Under the pieces are notes generated by a model, which saw only the letters and a program-made list of their open reading frames with translations, did no database searches and was not told the origin of the DNA. A program made the position numbers and the translations under genes. Below, in pieces: positions 9,085 through 16,824 of a DNA stretch of 32,000 nt; position 1 is the first letter of the stretch; each line of letters opens with the position of its first letter. Source of the stretch: Planctopirus limnophila DSM 3776 (GTDB lineage Bacteria; Planctomycetota; Planctomycetia; Planctomycetales; Planctomycetaceae); contig NC_014148.1 of assembly GCF_000092105.1 (NCBI RefSeq), forward strand, positions 1,350,001 through 1,382,000, written 5' to 3'.

Positions 9085-10104
9085 GTGGTCAAGGTCCAAC
9101 GCTCAGTAGAGCGTTTGCTTCTTCGCGGTTCCCGCGAAGAAGCAAACTTGACTGACCGCGTTGCCAAAAGCTGGGCCGCCGACGGGCCTCAATCAATCCG
9201 TTTCACGACTAGTCAGTCGGCTCGGCACCTTGGAGGCATTCATGAATCGAGAAGAAGCATTGAAAAAAGTGATGATGCGTTGAAGGAACTGGCTGAAGCA
9301 TTGAAGCATGGCAAGATCGACACGTTGCTCAAGTACCTCGATACGCTCAGTCGCTTCCATCGGTATTCCTTTGGGAATTGCATTCTGATTGGTGTGCAAC
9401 GGCCAGATGCCAGTATGGTGGCGGGTCTCCATCGCTGGAAGCAGTTGGGACGTTGGGTGAAGAAAGATGAGAAGGGGATTGCGATCCTCGCTCCTATGGT
9501 TTCTCGCAAAGACAAGGAGAGTGATTCGGCAGAAGTAGGGGAGGAACCGTCCGAAACACGAACCTCAACCTTATGTGGATTCCGCGTCGCGTATGTATTC
9601 GACGTTCAACAGACCGAGGGCAAGGAACTTCCAGAGTTCGCGCACCTTGGTGGAGATCCCGGTGACAAAATTGACCGCTTGGTCGATATCACCACAGAAA
9701 GAGGGATCGACGTCGAATTCGTGGATTCACTACCTGGCGGAGCCAATGGAGTTTCACTCGGAGGAATGGTGCAAGTTGTTTCAACGCTTCCGGCACCGCA
9801 GAAGTTCTATACGCTTGTTCACTATCTGGCACAGGAACTTTAGCATCGCGGTGATAGACGAAGCGAAACAACGAAGGTCATTCGCGAGACAGAAGCAGAA
9901 GCAGTCGCTTATGTGGTCTGTCGTTCCGTTTGGCTTGAATGTTCAACACGGGCGTCTGACTACATCCAGATCTGGAATGGGGACGACAAAGTTCTCGTGC
10001 AGTCGCTGGAACTCGTTCGTCATGTCGCAACCGAAATCATCGCAGAGCTTGAATCTGAAGTCGGCCATGAGACTGCGACAGAGATGGCTCATGCTGAATG
10101 CTGA
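9085..10104 (+). pseudogene. ardC: ArdC-like antirestriction protein (ssDNA-binding N-domain plus metalloprotease C-domain), disrupted
   Basis: The N-domain motif is HRYSFGNCILIGVQRPDASMVAGLHRWKQLGRWVKKDEKGIAILAP. An in-frame TAG sits at 9841-9843. The same frame resumes as HRGDRRSETTKVIRETEAEAVAYVV...SDYIQIW. The expected HExxH reads HYLAQ (9820-9834). A good GGAGG-N5-ATG start at 9242 is one frame off and meets the main frame at an A6 run (9263-9268). Confidence 0.75.
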
Positions 10105-10356
10105 TGCTTTTCTAACTCAACTCCGGAAACTTTCGATCTTGGGGAATAGTTTTGTGCTGCCAAATTGCTGCTAAGTAAGCTGCAATTGGCTGAGGTGAAT
10201 CGATTGATTCACAATTCGAGGTCCAAAATGGAATACACGCCACCTGGACCTCCACCTTTCAGCTTCGAATTGAACAAAGACATTTCGTGGTCAAGGGTAG
10301 CACAGCCCAAGCTGGTTCGGCGGGTGGAAACATGTTGTCGAGACGCTTCGTAAGGT

Positions 10357-11227
10357 GCTAGGCCGTATGGACATTCGATCTTGCAGGTGATGAGCTGGTT
10401 AAGCGAGTATAAGTCTACTCAAGGAAAAGGGACTATGCTCAAGCGATACGCACTTTCGGAAGAGCTTTGGAAGCGCATCGAACCACTCTGCCCCGGCAAA
10501 GCCTGTGATCCCGGTCGTACGGCGGCCGACAATCGACTCTTTGTCGAGTGAGTGATTTTCGTGCTCAAATCTGGGATTTCATGGGCAGATCTCCCCGAGC
10601 GATTTGGTTTACATAACTTGGTTTGGAGGCGGTATAACCGCTGGTGCCTGAGAGGAACATGGCAGAAGATTGCCCAGGCTCTGCAAGATCCAGAACTGGA
10701 AGAAGTTCAGATCGATTCGACGACGGCCAAAGCCCATCCCGTCGCCGCGACAGGGCGCCGTCAGGCCAAGGAAAAAAGTTGAGGCCGATGAACGACGCTG
10801 CCCGGGACGCAGTCGCGGTGGATTGACGACGAAAGTTCACGCCGCTGTGGATGGTCGAGGCCGCCTTCTCAAGTTGATACTGACTCCCGGCCATGCAGGC
10901 GATGCCCCTGTGGGAGAAAAGCTGCTGGAAGGTCTTTGTGCGAATCATGTCTTGGCAGACGCATCCTACGACAGCGACGCGAACCGGCTGCGTGTGAAGC
11001 GGATCTGGGCACAGGCGTGTATCAAACCGAAGGCAAACCGGAAGGCGAGAAAGCGGTGCATCAAGGAACGCTACCGGCATCGGAACGTGATCAAGAGGTT
11101 TTTCGGAGCCCTGAAACGCTTTCGACGTATCGGCACCCGTAATGATAAGAAAGCCGCGAACTTCGCGGGCTTCCTCTGACTTGTTGTCCGTTTGGCCAAG
11201 CCATTTCGACTTACCATAGGTCGCAGC
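10357..11227 (+). mobile_element. IS5-family insertion sequence (IS427/IS1031-like size), degenerate
   Basis: About 871 bp. Candidate imperfect terminal inverted repeats are 10357-10384 and the reverse complement of 11200-11227, matching at 18 of 28 positions. They enclose a two-frame DDE transposase. No clear target-site duplication was seen, so the boundaries are approximate. Confidence 0.55.
10435..11179 (+). pseudogene. IS5-family DDE transposase, two frames, with an in-frame TGA in the first
   Basis: The first frame reads MLKRYALSEELWKRIEPLCPGK...NRLFVE, then TGA at 10549-10551, then [19 protein letters not shown]...IDSTTAKAH. The second frame, offset +1 from about 10772, reads GRSRGGLTTKVHAAVD...LADASYDSD...YRHRNVIKRFFGALKRFRRIGTRNDK. 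These are typical IS5 motifs. The frame junction lies at GAAAAAAG (10771-10778). Confidence 0.8.
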
Positions 11228-11850
11228 GCCATGTTGGTCAGAAGTTAGGTGTTTGGGGTGACATCGTCGACGCGTAGTGTCGGGTCCCAATCTGGCTTCC
11301 GAAGCAATCGCAGTCAAACATTCTGATTGCCGTCAGAGACTTTCTATTCGAATTCCACAGGAGTTTAAGGCTCATTTCAGATCTGACGGCGAGCTGACAA
11401 CCACCTCCTGTTCCTGCCACTGTGGCACAGTTAAGTCTTTTTTTGAGCAAGCCAGGCTATTTTTGAGGATCACTGTCGTCATCCCGCTTCACTTTCGGCA
11501 CTGAAAGTCCGATACTCTGGGAGGTTCTGCCTGCACGGTCGCGCGCTGGAGAATTTCGGGTCATGGCACTAGCCAACAATCTTGGTGCATGGGAAATGGA
11601 AGCTGTGGTGAGTTTTTGCCAGCGACTCCATTTCCGGTTGACGCCAGGTCAGGGAGAATACCGGATCGTCCCAGTGGCTCGGTGTGGACTTTAAAGCGGA
11701 AGCACTCCATGAGCGAAGCCATGCGAGCGCCCTGAAGCGTGCAAAGCAGTTCTTGAGAATAGACGAATGGCCGATTGTCCGATGAAGGTGGCACCTCTCC
11801 TCGTGCAGGACGCGGCTGAAGGAGTGCTCGCGGAATTGATTGATCACTAA

Positions 11851-12855
11851 ATGATGGAGTTGGCCACGATGGCCACGGCACAACAACTCAAAGCCCTGTT
11901 GCAAAGCTATAGCGAGGCGGACAGTGAAATGTTCGTCTCAGTCGCGTTGCAGATTGCTGCGCATGAAGCGCGAACGGGTAAAGGTAAATTTGCGTTAGAA
12001 ATCAAGAAGCTCGTCGACGAAATTAAGGGAAAGCAGCGATCCTCCAGCCTGGGAGAATCGGTTCCGATCACTCGTCCGACCGGAGAATTGGCGACACTGC
12101 TTTCCGCGACGTATCCCCACACGAAGCTGGCGGAGATGGTACTGGCTCCGGAACAGCGAGAGTCGCTGGAGTTGGTCATCCGTGAATATTGTCAGCAGGG
12201 AAAACTACGAGAATATGGACTCTCTGCCCGCCGGAAACTGCTGTTGGTTGGTCCTCCGGGCGTCGGTAAGACGATGACTTCGTGGGCTCTGGCAGGAGAG
12301 TTGAAGCTACCGCACTTCACAGTGCAGCTACATTCGCTCATCACAAAGTACATGGGAGAGACCGCCGCCAAGCTCTTTGCGGTCTTTGAGGCGATGCGGC
12401 ATACGCGTGGGGTCTACCTGTTCGATGAATTCGATGCGATTGGCTCGATGCGAGCTGGTAGTAATGATGTGGGAGAAATCCGTCGCGTGTTGAACTCCTT
12501 CCTGCAATTTCTGGAGCAGGACGACTCGGACAGCCTGATTGTGGCTGCAACCAATCTGGAAGAGATCTTGGATGAAGCATTGTTCCGGCGGTTTGACGAT
12601 GTGATTAGGTATCAACTGCCGACCGAAATAGAACTCCGGGATTTGATCGCCAATCGCTTGGCAGCCTTCAAGATTGACAACAAAGAATTGCGAGAAATGG
12701 CAAGCCAAGCTCAAGGACTTAGCCATGCAGAGATTTGCCGTGCCTGTGATGAGGCGGCGAAAGTGGCTGTCCTGGATGATCGACGAAAAATTGCCAGAGA
12801 AGATGTTCAGCGTGCAATTCGCTTACGCCAGGAACGCAAACGCTCCGTGAGGTAG
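11851..12855 (+). CDS. ietA: Classical-clade AAA+ ATPase, IetA-like
   Basis: 334 aa. Walker A is GPPGVGKT, Walker B is VYLFDEFDA, sensor-1 is VAATN and the Arg-finger region is LFRRFD. It sits 18 nt upstream of an S8 protease gene. This pairing is the IetAS architecture described by Gao et al. 2020. Confidence 0.72.
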   Translation: MMELATMATAQQLKALLQSYSEADSEMFVSVALQIAAHEARTGKGKFALEIKKLVDEIKGKQRSSSLGESVPITRPTGELATLLSATYPHTKLAEMVLAPEQRESLELVIREYCQQGKLREYGLSARRKLLLVGPPGVGKTMTSWALAGELKLPHFTVQLHSLITKYMGETAAKLFAVFEAMRHTRGVYLFDEFDAIGSMRAGSNDVGEIRRVLNSFLQFLEQDDSDSLIVAATNLEEILDEALFRRFDDVIRYQLPTEIELRDLIANRLAAFKIDNKELREMASQAQGLSHAEICRACDEAAKVAVLDDRRKIAREDVQRAIRLRQERKRSVR

Positions 12856-12873
12856 GAGAGATATCAAAGGGCC

Positions 12874-15351
12874 ATGCCGGATTATCGACATTTTACGTTA
12901 ACAGGCACTCGCACTTCACGAGGCTATACGACTCCTCCTCCTGGTGGTGGCGATCGCAAAAGTCTTCCTTATCCCGACCGAGCCACTCATGGTGAGAAGC
13001 TGCTTCAGGATCTGGAGCGTGCCGAGCGTAACGCACAGGCACGCCAACAATCAGAACCGATTCGGGAAGGCCTGCAATTCATCCCAATGCGGTTCAGCGA
13101 GGGATCGGACTTTGACCTCAAGCTCCAGAGTTTGGCAGGCAACGAGAGCAGCGGCATTCGCATTCTCAGCGTCCGGGAGAAGGGAACGACTAAGGAATAT
13201 CTGGTTGCGGTTCCAGACGGCAAAGTCGCAGGACTGGGCAAAAAGTTTCGCAAGTACCGGGACGAGGATTCTGAGACAGGCCGTCCCAAAAACGAAGACT
13301 TTGCTGCCAGCGTGGCAAGCATCGAAGCGGGAGAGTTGGCCGATTACTGGACTGAACCAAAAGGCGCATTACCTGTCAGCGATCATTTGCTCTGGTGGGA
13401 GGTCTGGCTGAGTAGTTCTCCGGGTGATGAAGTGGAAGCCTGGTTTCGCCGCGTGGCTGGAGAACAAAAAATACTGGTCAGCTCACAGCAAGTTCGCTTT
13501 CCGGATCGCCTGGTGATTCTGGCGTATGCAACGATCACTCAATGGGAAGCTTTTCCTGGCCTCCTGCAATATCTCGCCGAGTTTCGACGGGCCAAACTGG
13601 TGGCGGGTGAGTTCACTCGTCTCAATCCCGCCAGTCAGGCAGAGTACATTCAGGATCTATTGTCACGTACTCAATTCGCTCCTAGTGATGCTGTGCGAGT
13701 TTGTCTGCTGGACACCGGAGTGGATCGCGGACACCCACTCCTGGAAGCCTCCCTGTCAGTCACAGATTTGCAGTCCTGGCGAGAGGAATGGGGGGCTAAT
13801 GACCATGCTGGTCATGGAACAGAATTAGCGGGAATATGCCTGTTCGGTTCCCTTGTGGGGCCGCTCTATGACGGTGAGCAAATCGAACTGAAACATCGTC
13901 TCGAATCGGTAAAAATCATTCCACCTTTTGGCCGAAACGAGCCTCCGGATTATGGACCAATTACGGTGGGCGCGATGGCACTGGCGGAAACCTCCTCTCC
14001 TCATTCTTCACGTGTATTCTGTTTGGCAGTGACCGTTGAAGGAGAGGACCATTGGCGTCCGACATTATGGTCAGCCGCCATAGACCAGGCTTGCGCTGGT
14101 GCGCTGGATGAACAGCAACGATTGGTGATTATTTCTGCTGGCAATCTTGGTGAAGAAGTCATTGGTAAGAACTACCCGGCAGAGAATCATGTATCGAGTG
14201 TGGAAGATCCAGCGCAGGCCTGGAATGCCTTAACGGTTGGCGCTTATACAAACATGGCTTGGATGGATGAAGTGGCTCTGGAGGGATACACGCCGATCGC
14301 CAAACCGGGGAGTCTTTCGCCCGCGAGTCGCACATCCCTCTGCTGGAACGAGAACGGGCCATACAAACCCGATGTCGTTTTCGAAGGGGGTAACTACGCT
14401 CGCAATGCTCAGTGTTTTATCACAAGTGTTGAAGACCTGGATCTACTGACGACTGCCTCCCTCACAAAGACGCAAGCTCTCCTCGGAACGACACGGAATA
14501 CGAGTGCTGCAACCGCTTTGGCGGCACGTATGGCTGCGATATTACAAGCAGAGTACCCCGCGTATTGGCCAGAATCGATCCGAGGTTTGATGGTCCACTC
14601 GGCGGAGTGGACACCGCAAATGCTGGAGGAATTTCCGTTTCGGGATCGTAGGCAACGACTGAAAGTCTATGGCATGGGGGTTCCGAACCTGACTCGGGCA
14701 CGTCGTTCGGCAGAAGGATTCGCCACGATGGTGATTCAGGATCACTTGCAGCCATACAAGTTGACGTCGGGTGACAATGCCACGCATGAGATGCATTTTC
14801 ATCACCTTCCTTTGCCCCGAAAAGTGCTGGAAGAGTTAGGAAGCACGCCCGTCCGAATGCGAGTAACCTTGTCTTACTTTATTGAACCCAACCCTCCCCG
14901 TCGCGGATATGTGGCGCGTTATCAGTATGCTTCGCACGGGTTGAGGTTCTCAGTACGTCGTCCCCAGGAGACACCAGAGCGTATGATCGCTCGTCTCTCG
15001 ACTACAGAATGGCCGATTGAGAATGGGAAAAAGAAACGACCATTTGAAACAATTTCGGATGATCGAAATTGGGATCTGGGACCTGAGGCAGTCAGTGTTC
15101 GCGGCTCGATTCACTCGGATGCCTGGGAGGGAACTGCGGCTCAACTGGCATTATCAAACTTAATCGGAGTCTATCCTGTCAGCGGTTGGTGGCGTTATCG
15201 CAAGGATCGCACCATCGTTGAAAAGTCAGCCCGTTATTCGTTGATTGTCAGTATCTCGACTTCTGACACCACAGTGGACCTCTATAACATCATTGCGAAT
15301 GAAATCAGCTCACGAATTTCTGCTGGTATCGCTACGGAGATTCCGACTTGA
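12874..15351 (+). CDS. ietS: S8 (subtilisin-like) serine peptidase, IetS-like
   Basis: 825 aa. The catalytic residues all look intact: Asp in LLDTGVD, His in HGTELAG, the oxyanion Asn in ISAGNLG and Ser in NTSAATALAA. It has a roughly 270-aa N-terminal region and a roughly 200-aa C-terminal region with no motif I recognise. Confidence 0.8.
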   Translation: MPDYRHFTLTGTRTSRGYTTPPPGGGDRKSLPYPDRATHGEKLLQDLERAERNAQARQQSEPIREGLQFIPMRFSEGSDFDLKLQSLAGNESSGIRILSVREKGTTKEYLVAVPDGKVAGLGKKFRKYRDEDSETGRPKNEDFAASVASIEAGELADYWTEPKGALPVSDHLLWWEVWLSSSPGDEVEAWFRRVAGEQKILVSSQQVRFPDRLVILAYATITQWEAFPGLLQYLAEFRRAKLVAGEFTRLNPASQAEYIQDLLSRTQFAPSDAVRVCLLDTGVDRGHPLLEASLSVTDLQSWREEWGANDHAGHGTELAGICLFGSLVGPLYDGEQIELKHRLESVKIIPPFGRNEPPDYGPITVGAMALAETSSPHSSRVFCLAVTVEGEDHWRPTLWSAAIDQACAGALDEQQRLVIISAGNLGEEVIGKNYPAENHVSSVEDPAQAWNALTVGAYTNMAWMDEVALEGYTPIAKPGSLSPASRTSLCWNENGPYKPDVVFEGGNYARNAQCFITSVEDLDLLTTASLTKTQALLGTTRNTSAATALAARMAAILQAEYPAYWPESIRGLMVHSAEWTPQMLEEFPFRDRRQRLKVYGMGVPNLTRARRSAEGFATMVIQDHLQPYKLTSGDNATHEMHFHHLPLPRKVLEELGSTPVRMRVTLSYFIEPNPPRRGYVARYQYASHGLRFSVRRPQETPERMIARLSTTEWPIENGKKKRPFETISDDRNWDLGPEAVSVRGSIHSDAWEGTAAQLALSNLIGVYPVSGWWRYRKDRTIVEKSARYSLIVSISTSDTTVDLYNIIANEISSRISAGIATEIPT

Positions 15352-15470
15352 AGGACGTGAGTTTTACGTGTTCTGATCGCGCCGCAAAGTCGTTCTTCTT
15401 TCGTTTCTAGTATTCTGTTGGTGGAAAACGGCGACTGGTAAACCGATCGGTCCAGTCACAGATATGATTA

Positions 15471-15758
15471 TTGATGGCCTCACTTTTTCCGTACAACATG
15501 GTGAAACACGTGAGGTTCCCGAGACGAGAATTACTGGGAGGAATCAATATTCACTCTTCTGATTTAGGTGACGCTCTCCTAAGCCGAGAAGAGATCGGCG
15601 ATGACGTATTGTTTGAAGTGCCGTTAAACTCGGGTGAGTCCATAGCAGCAGGGTCACTCTGCTCAATTATGATCATTATCACCTTTCGCCGCCTAAAGCA
15701 TACTCCGAGAGTGATTGGATTCGAGTTAAACCAAGAATACATTCGAAATATAGGGTGA
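15471..15758 (+). CDS. Small hypothetical ORF (95 codons); possibly a decayed methyltransferase fragment
   Basis: It ends 1 nt before the next ORF. The segment GDDVLFEVPLNSGESIAAGSL...RVIGFELNQEYI weakly resembles the C-terminal motif I region of beta-class DNA MTases (VLDPFxGSGTT...iGiEl..eY), but the glycines are not conserved. The call is weak. Confidence 0.25.
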   Translation: MMASLFPYNMVKHVRFPRRELLGGINIHSSDLGDALLSREEIGDDVLFEVPLNSGESIAAGSLCSIMIIITFRRLKHTPRVIGFELNQEYIRNIG

Positions 15759-15759
15759 C

Positions 15760-16668
15760 GTGCAAAATATGGATGAAGTCCTACTTCGCAGGCTTCTGGA
15801 TCGGCCGCATGCTCCATCACCAGGAGACTCGTCATTCTTATCATCATTGTCTGAGCACAATCGTGCCATTGAGGTGGCTGTAATCTATCACCATCGGATG
15901 GCATTCTATTACTGGCTTTGCTGGACAACAAATGACTGGAGCTGCTCACTCCGGTCGGATCAGCTTGCACCAGATTTAGTGACGGTGGACTGGCATGATG
16001 ACGTGGGTGGTGAGCCCGATTGCGTGTTCGACGAATTGCATTCTTTAATCGCACGTTTAGAGGTGGAAAACGTTGACGATCATGCCAGTCTAAGAGACGC
16101 TGTGCAGCGGCGACAAATGAGTGAGAACAACGTCATTGCTTATTCCATGCTGGGGCTGCGTTCGCTTAATGATGGTCACATTTTTCCAGCACAGTATCTT
16201 AATGCGATTGGCAACGTATATGTGCTCTACAAGCAACGAGAGAAGCACAGCTGTAGAATGACTGACCAGTATGGAAACCAGCATGAAATTCATTACGTCA
16301 GGACCGTGCGAGACCTGCTTAAGCATCTCAAGAAAGCAGAATCTCGACCGACTTACTTCGACCTCGATGTTGATTATTTCTTCCGTGAAGGCAGGGGAAA
16401 GGTCCGCGGTGCAGAGGTAATGATTGCTGAAGAGGAGATCCGCAGTCTTTTAGATCTAGATGGTGATTTCATGGCGCATCTAGGTGCTCGGCCAATGCGT
16501 GGAATGACTATTGCTCTGGAACCAACTTATTGTGGAGGGCTCATTGGATGTTTCAAAGCACTATCCGTTATCTGCGAGACTCTCTTTGAGGGCTCGTTGC
16601 TGGGGGACAAAGTTGACTGGAAGGATCCGCGAAAGTCGCACAAGAAACCGAAAACAAATCAGACGTGA
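15760..16668 (+). CDS. UPF0489-like protein with arginase/HDAC-fold binuclear metal-site signature
   Basis: 302 aa; the true start may be ATG 15769. Motifs are an HH pair (VIYHHRMAFYYW), D-x-H-x-D as DWHDD (15988-16002) and D-x-D-x-D as DLDVD (16360-16374). This pattern matches the ureohydrolase/deacetylase metal ligands and my recollection of the UPF0489 (C5orf22-like) family. Confidence 0.6.
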   Translation: MQNMDEVLLRRLLDRPHAPSPGDSSFLSSLSEHNRAIEVAVIYHHRMAFYYWLCWTTNDWSCSLRSDQLAPDLVTVDWHDDVGGEPDCVFDELHSLIARLEVENVDDHASLRDAVQRRQMSENNVIAYSMLGLRSLNDGHIFPAQYLNAIGNVYVLYKQREKHSCRMTDQYGNQHEIHYVRTVRDLLKHLKKAESRPTYFDLDVDYFFREGRGKVRGAEVMIAEEEIRSLLDLDGDFMAHLGARPMRGMTIALEPTYCGGLIGCFKALSVICETLFEGSLLGDKVDWKDPRKSHKKPKTNQT

Positions 16669-16789
16669 TCATGGTTTCCAGGCGTGTTCGGTAAAGTGTG
16701 GAGAATAGGAAGATAACCATGAAAAATGCATTCGCCGAATTTTGTCAATCATCTATGGTCTATGGACGTTGATAATAGTGTGGTTTTCG

Positions 16790-16812
16790 AGGCGACGAGC
16801 AATAAGTCGCCT
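16790..16812. terminator. Hairpin between convergent genes (possible factor-independent or bidirectional stop, no U-tract)
   Basis: aggcgac (16790-16796) pairs with gtcgcct (16806-16812) around a 9-nt loop. It lies between the UPF0489-like stop (16668) and the sngC stop (16825). There is no T-run on either strand. Confidence 0.25.
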
Positions 16813-16824
16813 GCGAAAGTTCCG

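Noticed and set aside
8611-10551. In-frame TAG, TAG and TGA in three consecutive genes, which might indicate stop-codon reassignment or selenocysteine/pyrrolysine recoding.
   Set aside because: Twelve neighbouring ORFs of 273-1136 codons are free of internal stops under the standard code. The affected genes carry additional lesions (frame breaks, a lost HExxH). No SECIS-like context was evident. Pseudogenisation is the simpler reading.
10565-11317. A 250-aa ORF on the minus strand, antisense to the IS5 transposase.
   Set aside because: The plus strand carries clear IS5 DDE transposase motifs across the same span. The antisense translation is Arg/Ser/Pro-rich with no motif, which is typical of a shadow ORF.
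15551-16054. A 167-aa minus-strand ORF overlapping the start of the UPF0489-like gene.
   Set aside because: The plus-strand frame carries the coherent HH / DxHxD / DxDxD metal-site pattern. The antisense product is Ser/Pro/Arg/His-rich with no motif.
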